A stretch of DNA of 64,000 nt, from the NCBI GenBank assembly GCA_963797565.1, contig CAWCPM010000002.1, positions 321,560 to 385,559 of the forward strand, read 5' to 3'. The notes beneath the pieces were generated by a model. It saw nothing but the letters and a program-made list of their open reading frames with translations. It was not told the DNA's origin and did no database searches. The DNA is from an uncultured Actinomycetes bacterium (GTDB lineage: Bacteria > Actinomycetota > Thermoleophilia > Gaiellales > JAICJC01). This document shows, in pieces, positions 50,349 through 59,862 of the stretch; the stretch's first letter is position 1, and each line of letters starts with the position of its first letter. The translations under genes were made by a program, and so were the position numbers.

Positions 50349-50687
50349 CTACGCCTCGACGGCCGTCGACTTGCGTCCGGCCAGGACCAGTACCAGCACG
50401 GCAGCCACGATCACCGCGGTCAGGAACTGGCCAAACCAGCCGACGTCGAGCACGTCGTTCGCGATGATGCCGCCGAGCAGCGAGCCGACGATGCCGATCA
50501 GGATGGTGCTGAGCACCCCCAGGCTGCGGTTGCCCGATACGACCGCCCGGCCGAGGCTGCCGATCACCAGGCCGACAATGGCGTACCAGATCAGCGACCA
50601 GGCCACCGACAGCGCGAATCCGAGCAGGCCGAACCCGAACGCCATCATCAGCACGACCAGGACCAGCAGGATCAGAACCACGGACAT
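50349..50687 (-). CDS. GlsB/YeaQ/YmgE family stress membrane protein
   Basis: Small Gly-rich 3-4 TM protein with ..IVGLVIGSLGR.. and ..IVGSLLGGII.. repeats. Confidence 0.7.
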   Translation of the reverse strand: MSVVLILLVLVVLMMAFGFGLLGFALSVAWSLIWYAIVGLVIGSLGRAVVSGNRSLGVLSTILIGIVGSLLGGIIANDVLDVGWFGQFLTAVIVAAVLVLVLAGRKSTAVEA

Positions 50688-50794
50688 GTCTGAAGTCTAG
50701 ATCAGGGTTCACCGATCCGCGCCTCGCTTCGCGAGCAGCAATCTACTCTGTTATCGAGTAGAAACCTTCTCGACTTGCGAGTAGACTGCGACGC

Positions 50795-51931
50795 ATGAAC
50801 CCGTTCCCCTACCAGCGGCCGATCCTCCCCGAGCAGGTTATCGACCGCGACCTCGAGGTGCAGAAGCTGCTGTCCTGGTGCGACTCGGCCATGCTCGTGC
50901 GGCTGGACGCGCCCCGGCGCTACGGCAAGACCAGCCTCGTTCGCAAGGTGTTCCACGAGGCCGGCAAGCACGGCACCGTCGGCGTCCTCTGCGACCTCAA
51001 GGGCGTGCTCACCCTGTCCGACGTGATCACCAGGCTGGGCCGCTCCTACGCGCAGCTGCGCGGCCCGCTCGAGAAGATGCTGCGCCCGGTGCTGACGTCG
51101 ATCGAGCTTGAGTTCAACGTCAGCTTCATGGGCGCGGGCGCCGGCGCGAAGCTGGGCGCGAGACCGGGCAACGAGGAGGCGGCGCTGTTCGCGCTGCTCG
51201 ACCTGCCGCAGCGATTCGCCGGTAAGGGGTGGCAGGCGGTGATCGTCTGCTTCGACGAGTTTCAGGACGTGCTGGCCGTGCCCGCGGCGGACGACAAGCT
51301 GCGCGCGGCGATCCAGCACCACTCGGACGGCTGTGCCTACATCTTTGCCGGTTCGGAGCCGCGGCTGATGAACGCGCTCTTCTCCGACAAGCGGCGCGCG
51401 TTCTGGAACCAGGCCGAGCCGCTGGAGCTGGGCCCGCTGGCCCCCGCCGACGTGGCCGGGTACGTGACCGGGCAGTTCGCGGCTGACGACAGGGACGTCG
51501 GCCCGGTTCTGCGGCTCGTGCTGTCGACGGCGCAGGGCCACCCGCAGCGGACGATGTTCCTCTGCTCGAAGCTGTGGGAGCGGTCGCAGCCGGGCGAGCC
51601 GGTGACGATCGAGGCCTGGCAGGCGGCGCTGGATGCCGCAAAGCTCCAGGAGGAGCACGCACTCGACGCCGAGTGGCGAAACCTGACCGGCTCGGCCCAG
51701 CGGGTGCTGCGTGCGGTCACGCTGAACGGCGGCCGACCCTTCCAGAAGCACGCGGCCGAGGCCGTCGGCGTCCCGATCGGGAGCGTCGACCGGGTCAGCG
51801 ACGCGCTGGTCGGGTCGTACATCCTGCGGCAGACCGGCAAGGGAGAGTTCGCGTTCGTCGACCCGATGCTCGAGCTGTACGTCCGCGACCTGGCCGGGTC
51901 ATCGCTGCCTGAGTCCGACGCGGACGGCTGA
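50795..51931 (+). CDS. AAA/archaeal-type ATPase (PF01637-like) protein
   Basis: ..FPYQRPILPEQVIDRDLEVQKL.. then Walker A APRRYGKTSL and Walker B VIVCFDEFQ. Confidence 0.6.
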   Translation: MNPFPYQRPILPEQVIDRDLEVQKLLSWCDSAMLVRLDAPRRYGKTSLVRKVFHEAGKHGTVGVLCDLKGVLTLSDVITRLGRSYAQLRGPLEKMLRPVLTSIELEFNVSFMGAGAGAKLGARPGNEEAALFALLDLPQRFAGKGWQAVIVCFDEFQDVLAVPAADDKLRAAIQHHSDGCAYIFAGSEPRLMNALFSDKRRAFWNQAEPLELGPLAPADVAGYVTGQFAADDRDVGPVLRLVLSTAQGHPQRTMFLCSKLWERSQPGEPVTIEAWQAALDAAKLQEEHALDAEWRNLTGSAQRVLRAVTLNGGRPFQKHAAEAVGVPIGSVDRVSDALVGSYILRQTGKGEFAFVDPMLELYVRDLAGSSLPESDADG

Positions 51932-52094
51932 TGGTTGATTCCACGGGATGCGTGGATGCTGGGCGCAGGATGGGGCGGGCTGGACGACGGGAGCGTCCGC
52001 AGGGCAGGCTGGGCATGTCCTGGCCAAGGACGATCGTGGCGTCCAGCGTGTCCCAGACAAGTCCAGCGCCGCGTAGCTCGTGGAATCAATCATC
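51930..52094. repeat. 165-bp element bounded by 16-nt inverted repeats (15/16 match)
   Basis: gatgGttgattccacg (51930-45) versus the reverse complement of cgtggaatcaatcatc (52079-94). Lies in a lower-GC intergenic region. Confidence 0.5.
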
Positions 52095-52181
52095 TAGCAT
52101 CCGCGCCTGGAGCTCCTGAAACATGTGCGCCCCTCTTCACCCGCGGAACATCGATAGCGCAGGCCGGCCGGAGTCGCCGGC

Positions 52182-53405
52182 GTGACGTGGGCGGGACGCT
52201 GGTCCGTGGCGGCGGTGCTTGCCCTGCTCGCGGCCACGCCGGCCGCAGCGCTGGGGACGGCGGCCACGCAAGGCCCGGCGGTGGATGCCGCGAAGTCTGC
52301 CGGGATCGCCCAGATCACGCAGTCGATCGGCTCCACGATCGGCGACTTCAACCGCGACGGCCGCGCCGACGTGCTGTTGAACCGGGCCTACAAGGCGCCC
52401 GCGGGTGAGTACCTGAACACCGGCGGCCATTTCAGGGCGGTCAATCTCAAGACCTTCGTGCGGGACGACCGCCACGGCTGCGCGGTCGCCGATGTGAACC
52501 ACGACGGGCGACGGGACATCTACTGCACCGTCGGCGCCTCGCACGGCGTCAAGATCAAGTCGAACGAGCTCTGGATGCAGCAGCGCGACGGCGACTTCGT
52601 CAACGAGGCCGCGAAGTACCACGTCGTCGATCCGTACGGGCGCAGCCGGGGGGCCGTCTTCTTCGACGCCAACAAGGACGGCTGGCCCGACCTGTTCGTC
52701 AGCAACTACTACCCGCGCCCGGACGGGTTGCCCACGCCGAACCGCTTGTACCTGAACGACCACGGCAAGGGCTTCGTCTCGGCGCGCGGCTACGGCCTCA
52801 ATCGGACGGTCGGCGGCCTGGCGCTGGCGCCCGGCTGCCAGCAGGGCGGCGACTACAACAACGACGGGTTCCCTGACCTGCTGGTGTGTGGCAAGGCCGG
52901 CATCCATCTGTACCGCAACAACGGCGGCCACTCGTTCACCGACGTCACGGCCGCGGTCGGGCTGTCGGGCGTCTGGTACGGCGCGCGCATGGTCGACGTC
53001 AACCGAGACGGCCGGCTCGACCTCGTCATGGTCAACCGGCGGCGGCTGCAGGTGCGGATCCAGCAGCCCGACGGAAGCTTCGGGGTGGTGTCGATCGCGA
53101 GGCGACTGGTGGGCGGCCGGGCGGTCGCGACCGGCGACGTGAACGGCGACGGATACCCCGACATCTACGTGGTGCAGGGCGCGACCGGTGCGCACGAGGT
53201 CGCGAACCCGCCGGACATCATGTACCTGAACGACGGCGGAACGGCCCTCACGCAGGTGCCGATCCCGGAGACGTCACGCGGCAACGGGGCGTCCGTGTCA
53301 GCGCTCGACTACAACGACGACGGGACCGTTGACTTCCTGGTCACCAACGGCGCGCGCGGGCTGGCGGGACCGGTGCAGCTGATCTCGTTCCCGCCGCCGG
53401 CGTAG
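52182..53405 (+). CDS. secreted FG-GAP/VCBS repeat (CRTAC1/ASPIC-like) protein
   Basis: Signal peptide. Repeated ..D[FV]N[RHN]DG..D.. calcium-binding FG-GAP motifs. Confidence 0.7.
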   Translation: MTWAGRWSVAAVLALLAATPAAALGTAATQGPAVDAAKSAGIAQITQSIGSTIGDFNRDGRADVLLNRAYKAPAGEYLNTGGHFRAVNLKTFVRDDRHGCAVADVNHDGRRDIYCTVGASHGVKIKSNELWMQQRDGDFVNEAAKYHVVDPYGRSRGAVFFDANKDGWPDLFVSNYYPRPDGLPTPNRLYLNDHGKGFVSARGYGLNRTVGGLALAPGCQQGGDYNNDGFPDLLVCGKAGIHLYRNNGGHSFTDVTAAVGLSGVWYGARMVDVNRDGRLDLVMVNRRRLQVRIQQPDGSFGVVSIARRLVGGRAVATGDVNGDGYPDIYVVQGATGAHEVANPPDIMYLNDGGTALTQVPIPETSRGNGASVSALDYNDDGTVDFLVTNGARGLAGPVQLISFPPPA

Positions 53406-53437
53406 GCTCGCCGGTAGCGGGGCCGGGGCGGCGCCGC

Positions 53438-53626
53438 CTACAGGCCGTCGTGCCGGCGTCCGGCGACGGCTTCCACCGTCTGGCGCGACAGCCCGGTGAT
53501 GCGGCAGACCTCGTCATCCGGCCACCCCGCGCGGCGAGCCTCGTCGATCGCGATCTCGAAGGCGCGGCGTGTGGTGACGAAGTTCAGAGAGGTGGCGATC
53601 AGCTGGGTGGCGAGGTGCTCCGGCAC
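53438..53626 (-). CDS. small HTH protein, LexA-box associated
   Basis: 62-aa ORF with ..DEVCRITGLSRQTVEAV.. HTH-like helices. A perfect LexA box lies 20 nt upstream. Confidence 0.45.
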   Translation of the reverse strand: MPEHLATQLIATSLNFVTTRRAFEIAIDEARRAGWPDDEVCRITGLSRQTVEAVAGRRHDGL

Positions 53627-53645
53627 GAGCGGGATACTGGCACAC

Positions 53646-53659
53646 CGAACATATGTTCG
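53646..53659. promoter_or_regulatory. LexA (SOS) box, CGAACATATGTTCG
   Basis: The 14-mer is identical to the box at 12883-12896. It sits between the small HTH gene start and the methyltransferase stop. Confidence 0.65.
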
Positions 53660-54413
53660 TCAAGTCTCCTTGTGCCAGACCGAGATGTGCTTGCGGCTCT
53701 CGCTCGTGAACGGCTCGCGGTTCCAGCCGCTCCAGCGCTCGCGCAGCGTCATCCCGGCCAGCCTCGCCATCAGGTCGAGCTCGGCCGGCCAGACGTAGCG
53801 AAACGGCACCGACAAGCCGCGGAACCGGTCGCCGTCCATCCAGTAGTGGTGCGAGATCAGGCCCTGGGTGGCGATGTCGTACTCGTCGAAGCCGAGCCTC
53901 GAGGGAGTGACCGTGAACGGGTCGCGCCGTCTCGCCGGGAGGCAGCCGCTGGAGCTGAGGGACGCCGACCTCGACCACGAAACATCCGCCGGGCCGGAGG
54001 TGCGCGGCGGCGTTCTGGAAGCAGGTCACCTGATCGTCCTGCGTGGTCAGGTTGTTGATCGTGTTGTAGACCAGGTAGGCCAGCGTGAACTCGCCCGGCA
54101 CCCTGGTGGTGGCGAAGTCGCCCAGCGCGACCTCGATCCGATCGGCGCCGGGCTTGGCCCTGAGCTGCTCCACCATCTCGCTCGAGAGGTCGATGCCGCA
54201 CACCGTGACGCCGCGCCGGGAGAGCGGCAGCGCGACCCGGCCGGTGCCGATGCCGAGCTCCAGCGCAGCGCCGTCTCCGGCCAGCCCGGCCAGGAAGTCG
54301 ACGGTCGGCTCGATCACCGCGGGGTCGAACATCTCGGAGCTGCTGTCGTCGTAGCGCTCGGCCACACCCTCACCGAAGTAGTTGTGGCGCTTCTGGCTGC
54401 TCATGCTCGGCAC
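53660..54413 (-). pseudogene. class I SAM-dependent methyltransferase, frameshifted near 53920
   Basis: N-terminal part with the ..ALELGIGTGRVALPL.. motif I is in ORF 53514..54413. The C-terminal part ..DPFTVTPSRLGFDEYDIATQGLISHHYWMDGDRF..SVWHKET* reads in another frame and ends at 53660. Confidence 0.6.
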
Positions 54414-54462
54414 AGTACCCCGGCGTGTCGCGGCGCAGCTGCGAACGGTTGCAGCTGCGGCG

Positions 54463-55611
54463 CTATTTCCCGTTTACGCCTGAGCCTTGCAACGACCGGT
54501 CGTCGGGGATCACCACCCGAAACACCGAGCCACCGCCCGGCCCGCTGAGAGCATGGATCTCGCCCCCGAGTGCGTGGGTGATGCGCTGCGCGAGCGTCAG
54601 TCCGAGGCCGGAGCCTCTCGTCGAGCGCGAACCGTCGCCCCTCCAAAACGGCTCGAATACGCGGTCGCGCTGCCCTCCCGTGAGCCCCATCCCGGAGTCC
54701 TGCACGCTCAGCTCGAGCGCGCCGTTGACGGTGGTCGCGGTGACGGTCACGGAGCCACCGGTCGGCGTGTAGCGGACGGCATTGTCCACCAGCGAGTCGA
54801 GCACCCTTGCGAGCTTTGCCGAGCAGCGGGCGTCCGCGGCCGACGTCAGATCGGTGTGCACGCCGATCGACTTGGCTCGTGCATCGTGGTCGCACAGCTC
54901 CACCGCGTGGCGCACGGCGTCGGCCACGGCGATCGACCGCGCGTCGGTACGGAACGCGGCGGCATCCACCTGCGAAAGGTCGAAGAGATCCTCCACCATC
55001 GCCACCAGCGTCTGGATCGAGCGCAGCATCTGCGCCGAGTATTCGCGCACGATCCCCGGGTCGTCGACCACGCCGTCGTCGATCGCCTCCACCATCGCCC
55101 GCAGGTTGGCGAGTGGCGTGCGCAGGTCGTGAGAGATCGAGGTCATCAGGTCGCGCCGGGCGGCCTCGGTGCGGCGCTCCGTCTCGATCAGGTCGGAGAT
55201 CCGCTGCGCCGCCAGGTCGAGCGCGGCTCCCACCTGCCGCAGCTCGGGGCTGGCCCGCAGATCGCCCACTCGGGCGTCCAGCTGGTTCTCGCCCAGCCGC
55301 CGTGCCACGCTGGTCAGCCGGGTCAGCGCGCGCGTGGTGGTGTGACCCACGATCAGCGCGGCTACGACGCCGGCCGACAGGGAGTAGCCGGCCACCAGCA
55401 CCACTTCGATGCGGTCGCTGGGGCTGATCAGCATGAAGTGGTTCAACGCCACCAGATCGATCACCGTCACCAGCGATGCCACCACAGCGATCGCGATCAT
55501 GGTGGCGGCCAGACCGGCGCGGGCCACAAGCCGGCTTGCCACCAGCGCGGTGAGGCAGGTGGCGACCGTGATCGGGCCGATCAGGGCCAGGATGCGGATC
55601 GTCTCGCTCAC
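54463..55611 (-). CDS. sensor histidine kinase
   Basis: Two TM helices, an H box ..SISHDLRTPL.., an N box ..DNAVRYTP.., and a G box ..DSGMGL..GSGLGL... Confidence 0.8.
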   Translation of the reverse strand: MSETIRILALIGPITVATCLTALVASRLVARAGLAATMIAIAVVASLVTVIDLVALNHFMLISPSDRIEVVLVAGYSLSAGVVAALIVGHTTTRALTRLTSVARRLGENQLDARVGDLRASPELRQVGAALDLAAQRISDLIETERRTEAARRDLMTSISHDLRTPLANLRAMVEAIDDGVVDDPGIVREYSAQMLRSIQTLVAMVEDLFDLSQVDAAAFRTDARSIAVADAVRHAVELCDHDARAKSIGVHTDLTSAADARCSAKLARVLDSLVDNAVRYTPTGGSVTVTATTVNGALELSVQDSGMGLTGGQRDRVFEPFWRGDGSRSTRGSGLGLTLAQRITHALGGEIHALSGPGGGSVFRVVIPDDRSLQGSGVNGK

Positions 55612-56282
55612 GGATCGAACCGGTAGCCGACGCCGTGCACGGTGACCAGGTGGCGCGGGTTGGATGGATCGACCTCGATCTTCGACCGCAGCCGCCGCAC
55701 ATGGACGGTCACCGTATCGGTGGGGCCGATCCAGTCGTAGCCCCAGACATCCTCAAGCAGGTCGGCTCGGCTCAGGGTGCGGCCTGGGTGGCATGCCAGC
55801 ACGTGCAGCAGCGCGAACTCCTTGCGCGTGGTGTGGACGACCTGCCCCGACAGCAGCACCTCGCGCCGCTCACCGTCCACCACCAGGTCGCCATGGCAGA
55901 TGCGGCGCCCGCTCTGGCGGCTGTCCGAGCGGCGCAGCACCGCTCGCACCCGCTCGACCACCTCGCGCGGCGAGTAGGGCTTGACGATGTAGTCGTCTGC
56001 GCCCAGTTGCAGGCCGTTGATGCGCTCCGCCTCGGATGCTCGGGCCGACAGGATGATGACCGGCAGGTCGCTCTCCAGCCGCACCAGCTTCAGCACGTCC
56101 AGCCCGCTCAGGCGCGGCAGCATCAGGTCGAGCACCACCGCCTGGGGCGGGTCGCTGCGGATTGCGCTGAGCGCCTCCTCGCCGTCGGCGGCCTCAGACA
56201 CCGTGTACCCCTCGCGGGTCAGGTAGCGGCTGAGAACGTCGCGCACGACCGGCTCGTCGTCCACCACCAAGATGCTTCCCAT
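55608..56282 (-). CDS. OmpR/PhoB-family response regulator
   Basis: Internal ATG at 56282 (MGSILVVDDEP..). Receiver domain D..D..K residues and a winged-helix C-terminus ..LVTVHGVGYRF... Confidence 0.85.
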   Translation of the reverse strand: MGSILVVDDEPVVRDVLSRYLTREGYTVSEAADGEEALSAIRSDPPQAVVLDLMLPRLSGLDVLKLVRLESDLPVIILSARASEAERINGLQLGADDYIVKPYSPREVVERVRAVLRRSDSRQSGRRICHGDLVVDGERREVLLSGQVVHTTRKEFALLHVLACHPGRTLSRADLLEDVWGYDWIGPTDTVTVHVRRLRSKIEVDPSNPRHLVTVHGVGYRFDP

Positions 56283-56431
56283 CCCGAGAGCGTACATGTG
56301 GCGCGCCTCCGAGCCATCGTGAGTTTCGCGTCTCGTAATGGCTCGGACACAGGTCGGTAAGACGCGTTGGCCTAGCTTAGACACGTTTGCCGGTCTCTCG
56401 GCAAGCGGAGTCCACGATCTGAGGGGGAAGC

Positions 56432-57580
56432 ATGAAGCTGAGAACACGAGCCCTGAGTGTCTGCCTGCTGGCGGCACTCGCGGGAGCAGCCGCAATCGGC
56501 TCCGGCACCGCAGCCGCGGCGACCAGCCCGGTGGTGGGACACGTCTACGTGAACGACGACACGGCCGGCACCAACACCATCGCCGGGTTCAACCGCCACG
56601 CCGACGGGACGCTGACGCCCATGACAGGCTCCCCGTTCCCGGCCGGCGGAGCAGGCGCGGGCAGCGGCCTGGCGAGCCAGGGCGCGCTGCAGGTTGCGGC
56701 GGGTGGCCGCCTGCTGCTCGCGGTCGACCCCGGCAGCAACCAGATCTCGGTGCTTCGGATCGGGGCAGGCGGAGCGCTCACTCCGCGCGGCGTCGTGTCG
56801 TCGCGCGGCATTCAGCCGGTCAGCATCGCTGTTCACGGAAACCTCGTCTACGTCGCCAACGCCGGCAACGGCGGCAGCAACTACACCGGCTTCCGGCTCG
56901 GGCAGTTCGGCCACCTGCGGCACCTGCGGGGATCGACCGTGGGCCTGCCCGACGGCTCGCAGCCTGGGGACGTGCTGTTCAACTCGACCGGCACCAACCT
57001 GGCCGGCACGCGGGTCGGCACCTCGCTGATCGACAGCTTCAGGGTCACGTCGACCGGCCGGCTGGCAGCGGCACCCGGTTCGCCGTACGCCGCCCAGGGC
57101 CCCGGCCCGTTCGGCAGCGAGTTTCGGCCGACCAATCCACGCCAGCTGTTCGTCTCCAACGCGCACGGCGGTGCCAACGTCGGCACCGTGTCGGCCTTCC
57201 GTGTGGCCGGCAACGGCGTCCTGTCGTCGATCGGATCCTCGCCCTTCCCCGACCTCCAGACGGCTCCCTGCTGGGTGGAGATCAGCCACGACGGCAGCTA
57301 CCTGTTCGCCGTCAACACCGCGGTGCCCAGCATCTCGCGGTACCGGATCGCGGCGGGCGGCTCGCTGACGCTGCTTGGCAGCACGGTGTTCAACCTGCCC
57401 ACCGGCCTGGGGCCGCTGGACGCACGGCTCGCGCCTGACGGCAAGACGCTGTGGGTGGTCGACTCCGGCGCCGCCAAGGTCAGCGGGTTCCGGGTGAACG
57501 GTGGCAACCTGACCGAACTCGGCAGCTCGCCGACGGCCCTGCCCGCCGGCGCGACCGCCTTCGGCATCGTCGTCACCTAG
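56432..57580 (+). CDS. secreted lactonase-type 7-bladed beta-propeller protein
   Basis: Signal peptide. Repeated ..G.L......P.G..P..I......L.V.N.. blades, as in the 6-phosphogluconolactonase/YVTN family. Confidence 0.65.
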   Translation: MKLRTRALSVCLLAALAGAAAIGSGTAAAATSPVVGHVYVNDDTAGTNTIAGFNRHADGTLTPMTGSPFPAGGAGAGSGLASQGALQVAAGGRLLLAVDPGSNQISVLRIGAGGALTPRGVVSSRGIQPVSIAVHGNLVYVANAGNGGSNYTGFRLGQFGHLRHLRGSTVGLPDGSQPGDVLFNSTGTNLAGTRVGTSLIDSFRVTSTGRLAAAPGSPYAAQGPGPFGSEFRPTNPRQLFVSNAHGGANVGTVSAFRVAGNGVLSSIGSSPFPDLQTAPCWVEISHDGSYLFAVNTAVPSISRYRIAAGGSLTLLGSTVFNLPTGLGPLDARLAPDGKTLWVVDSGAAKVSGFRVNGGNLTELGSSPTALPAGATAFGIVVT

Positions 57581-57603
57581 CACGCAAACCAAGGAAGGGA
57601 CAC

Positions 57604-57634
57604 GGGGAGCGGGCGTCACAGACGCCCGCTCCCC
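57604..57634. terminator. 14-bp perfect hairpin (ggggagcgggcgtc-aca-gacgcccgctcccc)
   Basis: Starts 24 nt after the lactonase stop, between convergent genes. No clear U-tract. Confidence 0.55.
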
Positions 57635-57992
57635 ACGCCTCGAGTGGTCGTGCGTTTGTGAGCAGGCAAGCATCCTCCCAGCAAGTAGGCTCCGCGGTGG
57701 ACGCAAGCGCTGTCCTCCAAGACCCCTTTGGGCAGCCCGTCCGACAACTAGGGGCCGCCGACTGCCACGGGCGCAACCGGCGGCCCTTCCAACGCGCGAA
57801 CGAACCGCGCACACACTCCTAACATCCGGGGCGTACGATCGCGATCGGAGTGTCGGCCTGTTCGCCGTGCCGATGGGACAGCTGACCCCTAATCGAGGGC
57901 CCGTCGGTGGCGTCGGAGCCGTCCACCGACGGGCCAACTCGGTTGTCGATGGATCTGGCTCAACCCGACGCGAGCGCGCAGCTATCAGGCAG

Positions 57993-58553
57993 TCACCCCG
58001 TGGGCGGCCACGGTAGTCGACTCGGCTGGCTGTCCGGTATGTCGGCGTAGGCGCCCTTCGGAGAGTCGGTCGCCACCACAACGCTGGCGTCGTAGCGGGC
58101 GGCGATGGCGTCGACCGGGAAGCCCTCGCCCTCGCACCACTCCTGCGTGCGGCCGCCCACCATCACGATCGTGCACGGCCCGTCGCCTGCGCCGACAAAC
58201 ACGTGGCCTGTCAGCGGCGGGCTGTGAAAGAAGTCGCCCGACCGAAGCAGTCGTTCCTGGCCCTCGACGATGAGGATGCACTCACCGAACAGCACCAGGA
58301 ACGCTTCCTGGTCGTTCTCGCGGTGGTAGCGCGCGTTGAACTGTCCCGGCTCGAGCACGCGCAGGTTGAACCCGAACTCCGGAAACCGGGCATCCTCCGG
58401 CTCCGGCGAACACGTGATGCCCATCCGCTCGTTGCGCCGTGCCGCCAACTCCGCCACGTTGACGACAAACCACCCCTCGCCGACCGGTCGAAGCCCTTCG
58501 TCCGACCGCTCGACCGTCGCCTCCCCCACCCGCGGTTGATCGGCACCAGCCAT
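57993..58553 (-). CDS. cupin domain protein
   Basis: ..GWFVVNV.., ..YHRENDQEAFLVLFGECILIVEGQERLLRSGDFFHSPP..HVF.. cupin motifs. It is the intact paralog of the pseudogene at 25356..25940. Confidence 0.7.
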   Translation of the reverse strand: MAGADQPRVGEATVERSDEGLRPVGEGWFVVNVAELAARRNERMGITCSPEPEDARFPEFGFNLRVLEPGQFNARYHRENDQEAFLVLFGECILIVEGQERLLRSGDFFHSPPLTGHVFVGAGDGPCTIVMVGGRTQEWCEGEGFPVDAIAARYDASVVVATDSPKGAYADIPDSQPSRLPWPPTG

Positions 58554-58589
58554 CGTCCCCTCCCGACGTGTGATCGGAGGCTAGCCGGA

Positions 58590-59786
58590 TCAACCCCGGC
58601 TACGCGGCGGAATGCGCGCCGCGTAGCCGGGGGAGTGGGCCGAGCTAAGGAGTAACCGGGTGGGTGCCCCAGCCCGACGCTTCCTCAAAGTCAAAGGGTC
58701 GGGCGTGTCGGTGACCTGGGTCAGGTCGCTGCCGTCTGCGTTGGCGATCCACAGGTCCTCCTGCCCCATGCCGTTCGTGAAGTGCGTCCGCGAGAACAGC
58801 AGCTTCGTGCTGTCGGGTGACCACACCGGCTCGAAGGAGATGTCCTTGTTGGTGGGGTCGGTCACTCGCGTCAGCCCGCTGCCGTCGGGATGCACGACGT
58901 ACACCTGGGTCGAGCCCTTGCTGAACACCTGAAGCTCGTTGTTGAACGCGATCAGGCGACCATCGGGCGACCACTTGGGATGCTTCGCGCCCAGGCCATC
59001 TGGCGTCAGCTGGTGAAGGCCGCTGCCATCGACGTTGACCACGAATGCCGCGCTCTGCGATCCCGATCCGGTCGAGGACTTGAAGAAGGCGGCGAACACC
59101 ACCCGCGTACCATCCGGAGACCAGTCCGCGTTGCAGCAGGAGACGCGAAGGCTGGGCGGATTCAACTGCATCCGCCCACTGCCGTCCGCGTTCACGACGA
59201 ACAGGTCGCCGTTGTCGCAGGCCGCCCCGCCACAACCCGCGGGGAAGAGGCGGTCAAAGAGGATCCGGGAGCCGTCGGGGGAATAGCCCCACGGGTAGTC
59301 GTCGCCACCTGGATTCTTGGTGACGCGGACGAGGCCGCCTCCGTCCGACGAACGCATGGTGTAGATGCCGTTTCGTCCCGGCTTCGCGTCGTCTAGACCC
59401 TCGGCCGTGAGGCGGCGCATGTTGGGGGACCAGTTGCCGCATCCCAGCCACAGATCGGGGTCAGGGTTGTCCAGCAGCTTGAAGCCCGACCCGTCCGGGT
59501 TGACCGTGGCTGGCCGGGCGAGTCCCTCTGGGTTGGATGTAGTCTCTTGGACCTTGGTCCCGTCGGGTGACCAGCTGCCACACTCGCCGCCCGCGGACAG
59601 GGGTGCGAGTTGGACCACGTGTGACCCGTCGGGGTTGGCCGTGAAGAGGTGGTCGTCGTCGATCGCCGGGTCATATCGGCTGAACAGGATCTGACCGTTC
59701 GGGCCGGTGCCTGTGGCCTGGGCGGCCGGCGCACCAAGCGCCGCCAGCCCGACGCCGAGAATCGCCAGCTTGAAGAGCGTGTGCAT
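58590..59786 (-). CDS. secreted TolB-like WD40/beta-propeller protein
   Basis: Internal ATG at 59786 gives the signal peptide MHTLFKLAILGVGLAALGAPAAQA. Repeated ..WSPDG..I.F.. blades. Confidence 0.7.
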   Translation of the reverse strand: MHTLFKLAILGVGLAALGAPAAQATGTGPNGQILFSRYDPAIDDDHLFTANPDGSHVVQLAPLSAGGECGSWSPDGTKVQETTSNPEGLARPATVNPDGSGFKLLDNPDPDLWLGCGNWSPNMRRLTAEGLDDAKPGRNGIYTMRSSDGGGLVRVTKNPGGDDYPWGYSPDGSRILFDRLFPAGCGGAACDNGDLFVVNADGSGRMQLNPPSLRVSCCNADWSPDGTRVVFAAFFKSSTGSGSQSAAFVVNVDGSGLHQLTPDGLGAKHPKWSPDGRLIAFNNELQVFSKGSTQVYVVHPDGSGLTRVTDPTNKDISFEPVWSPDSTKLLFSRTHFTNGMGQEDLWIANADGSDLTQVTDTPDPLTLRKRRAGAPTRLLLSSAHSPGYAARIPPRSRG

Positions 59787-59862
59787 GCCTGGTTCCTTTC
59801 GATGGTTTGGTGGAGATGAACACCCGGCGCTCGTGCCGGGGTGTCGGTTGGTTGACCCGCGG

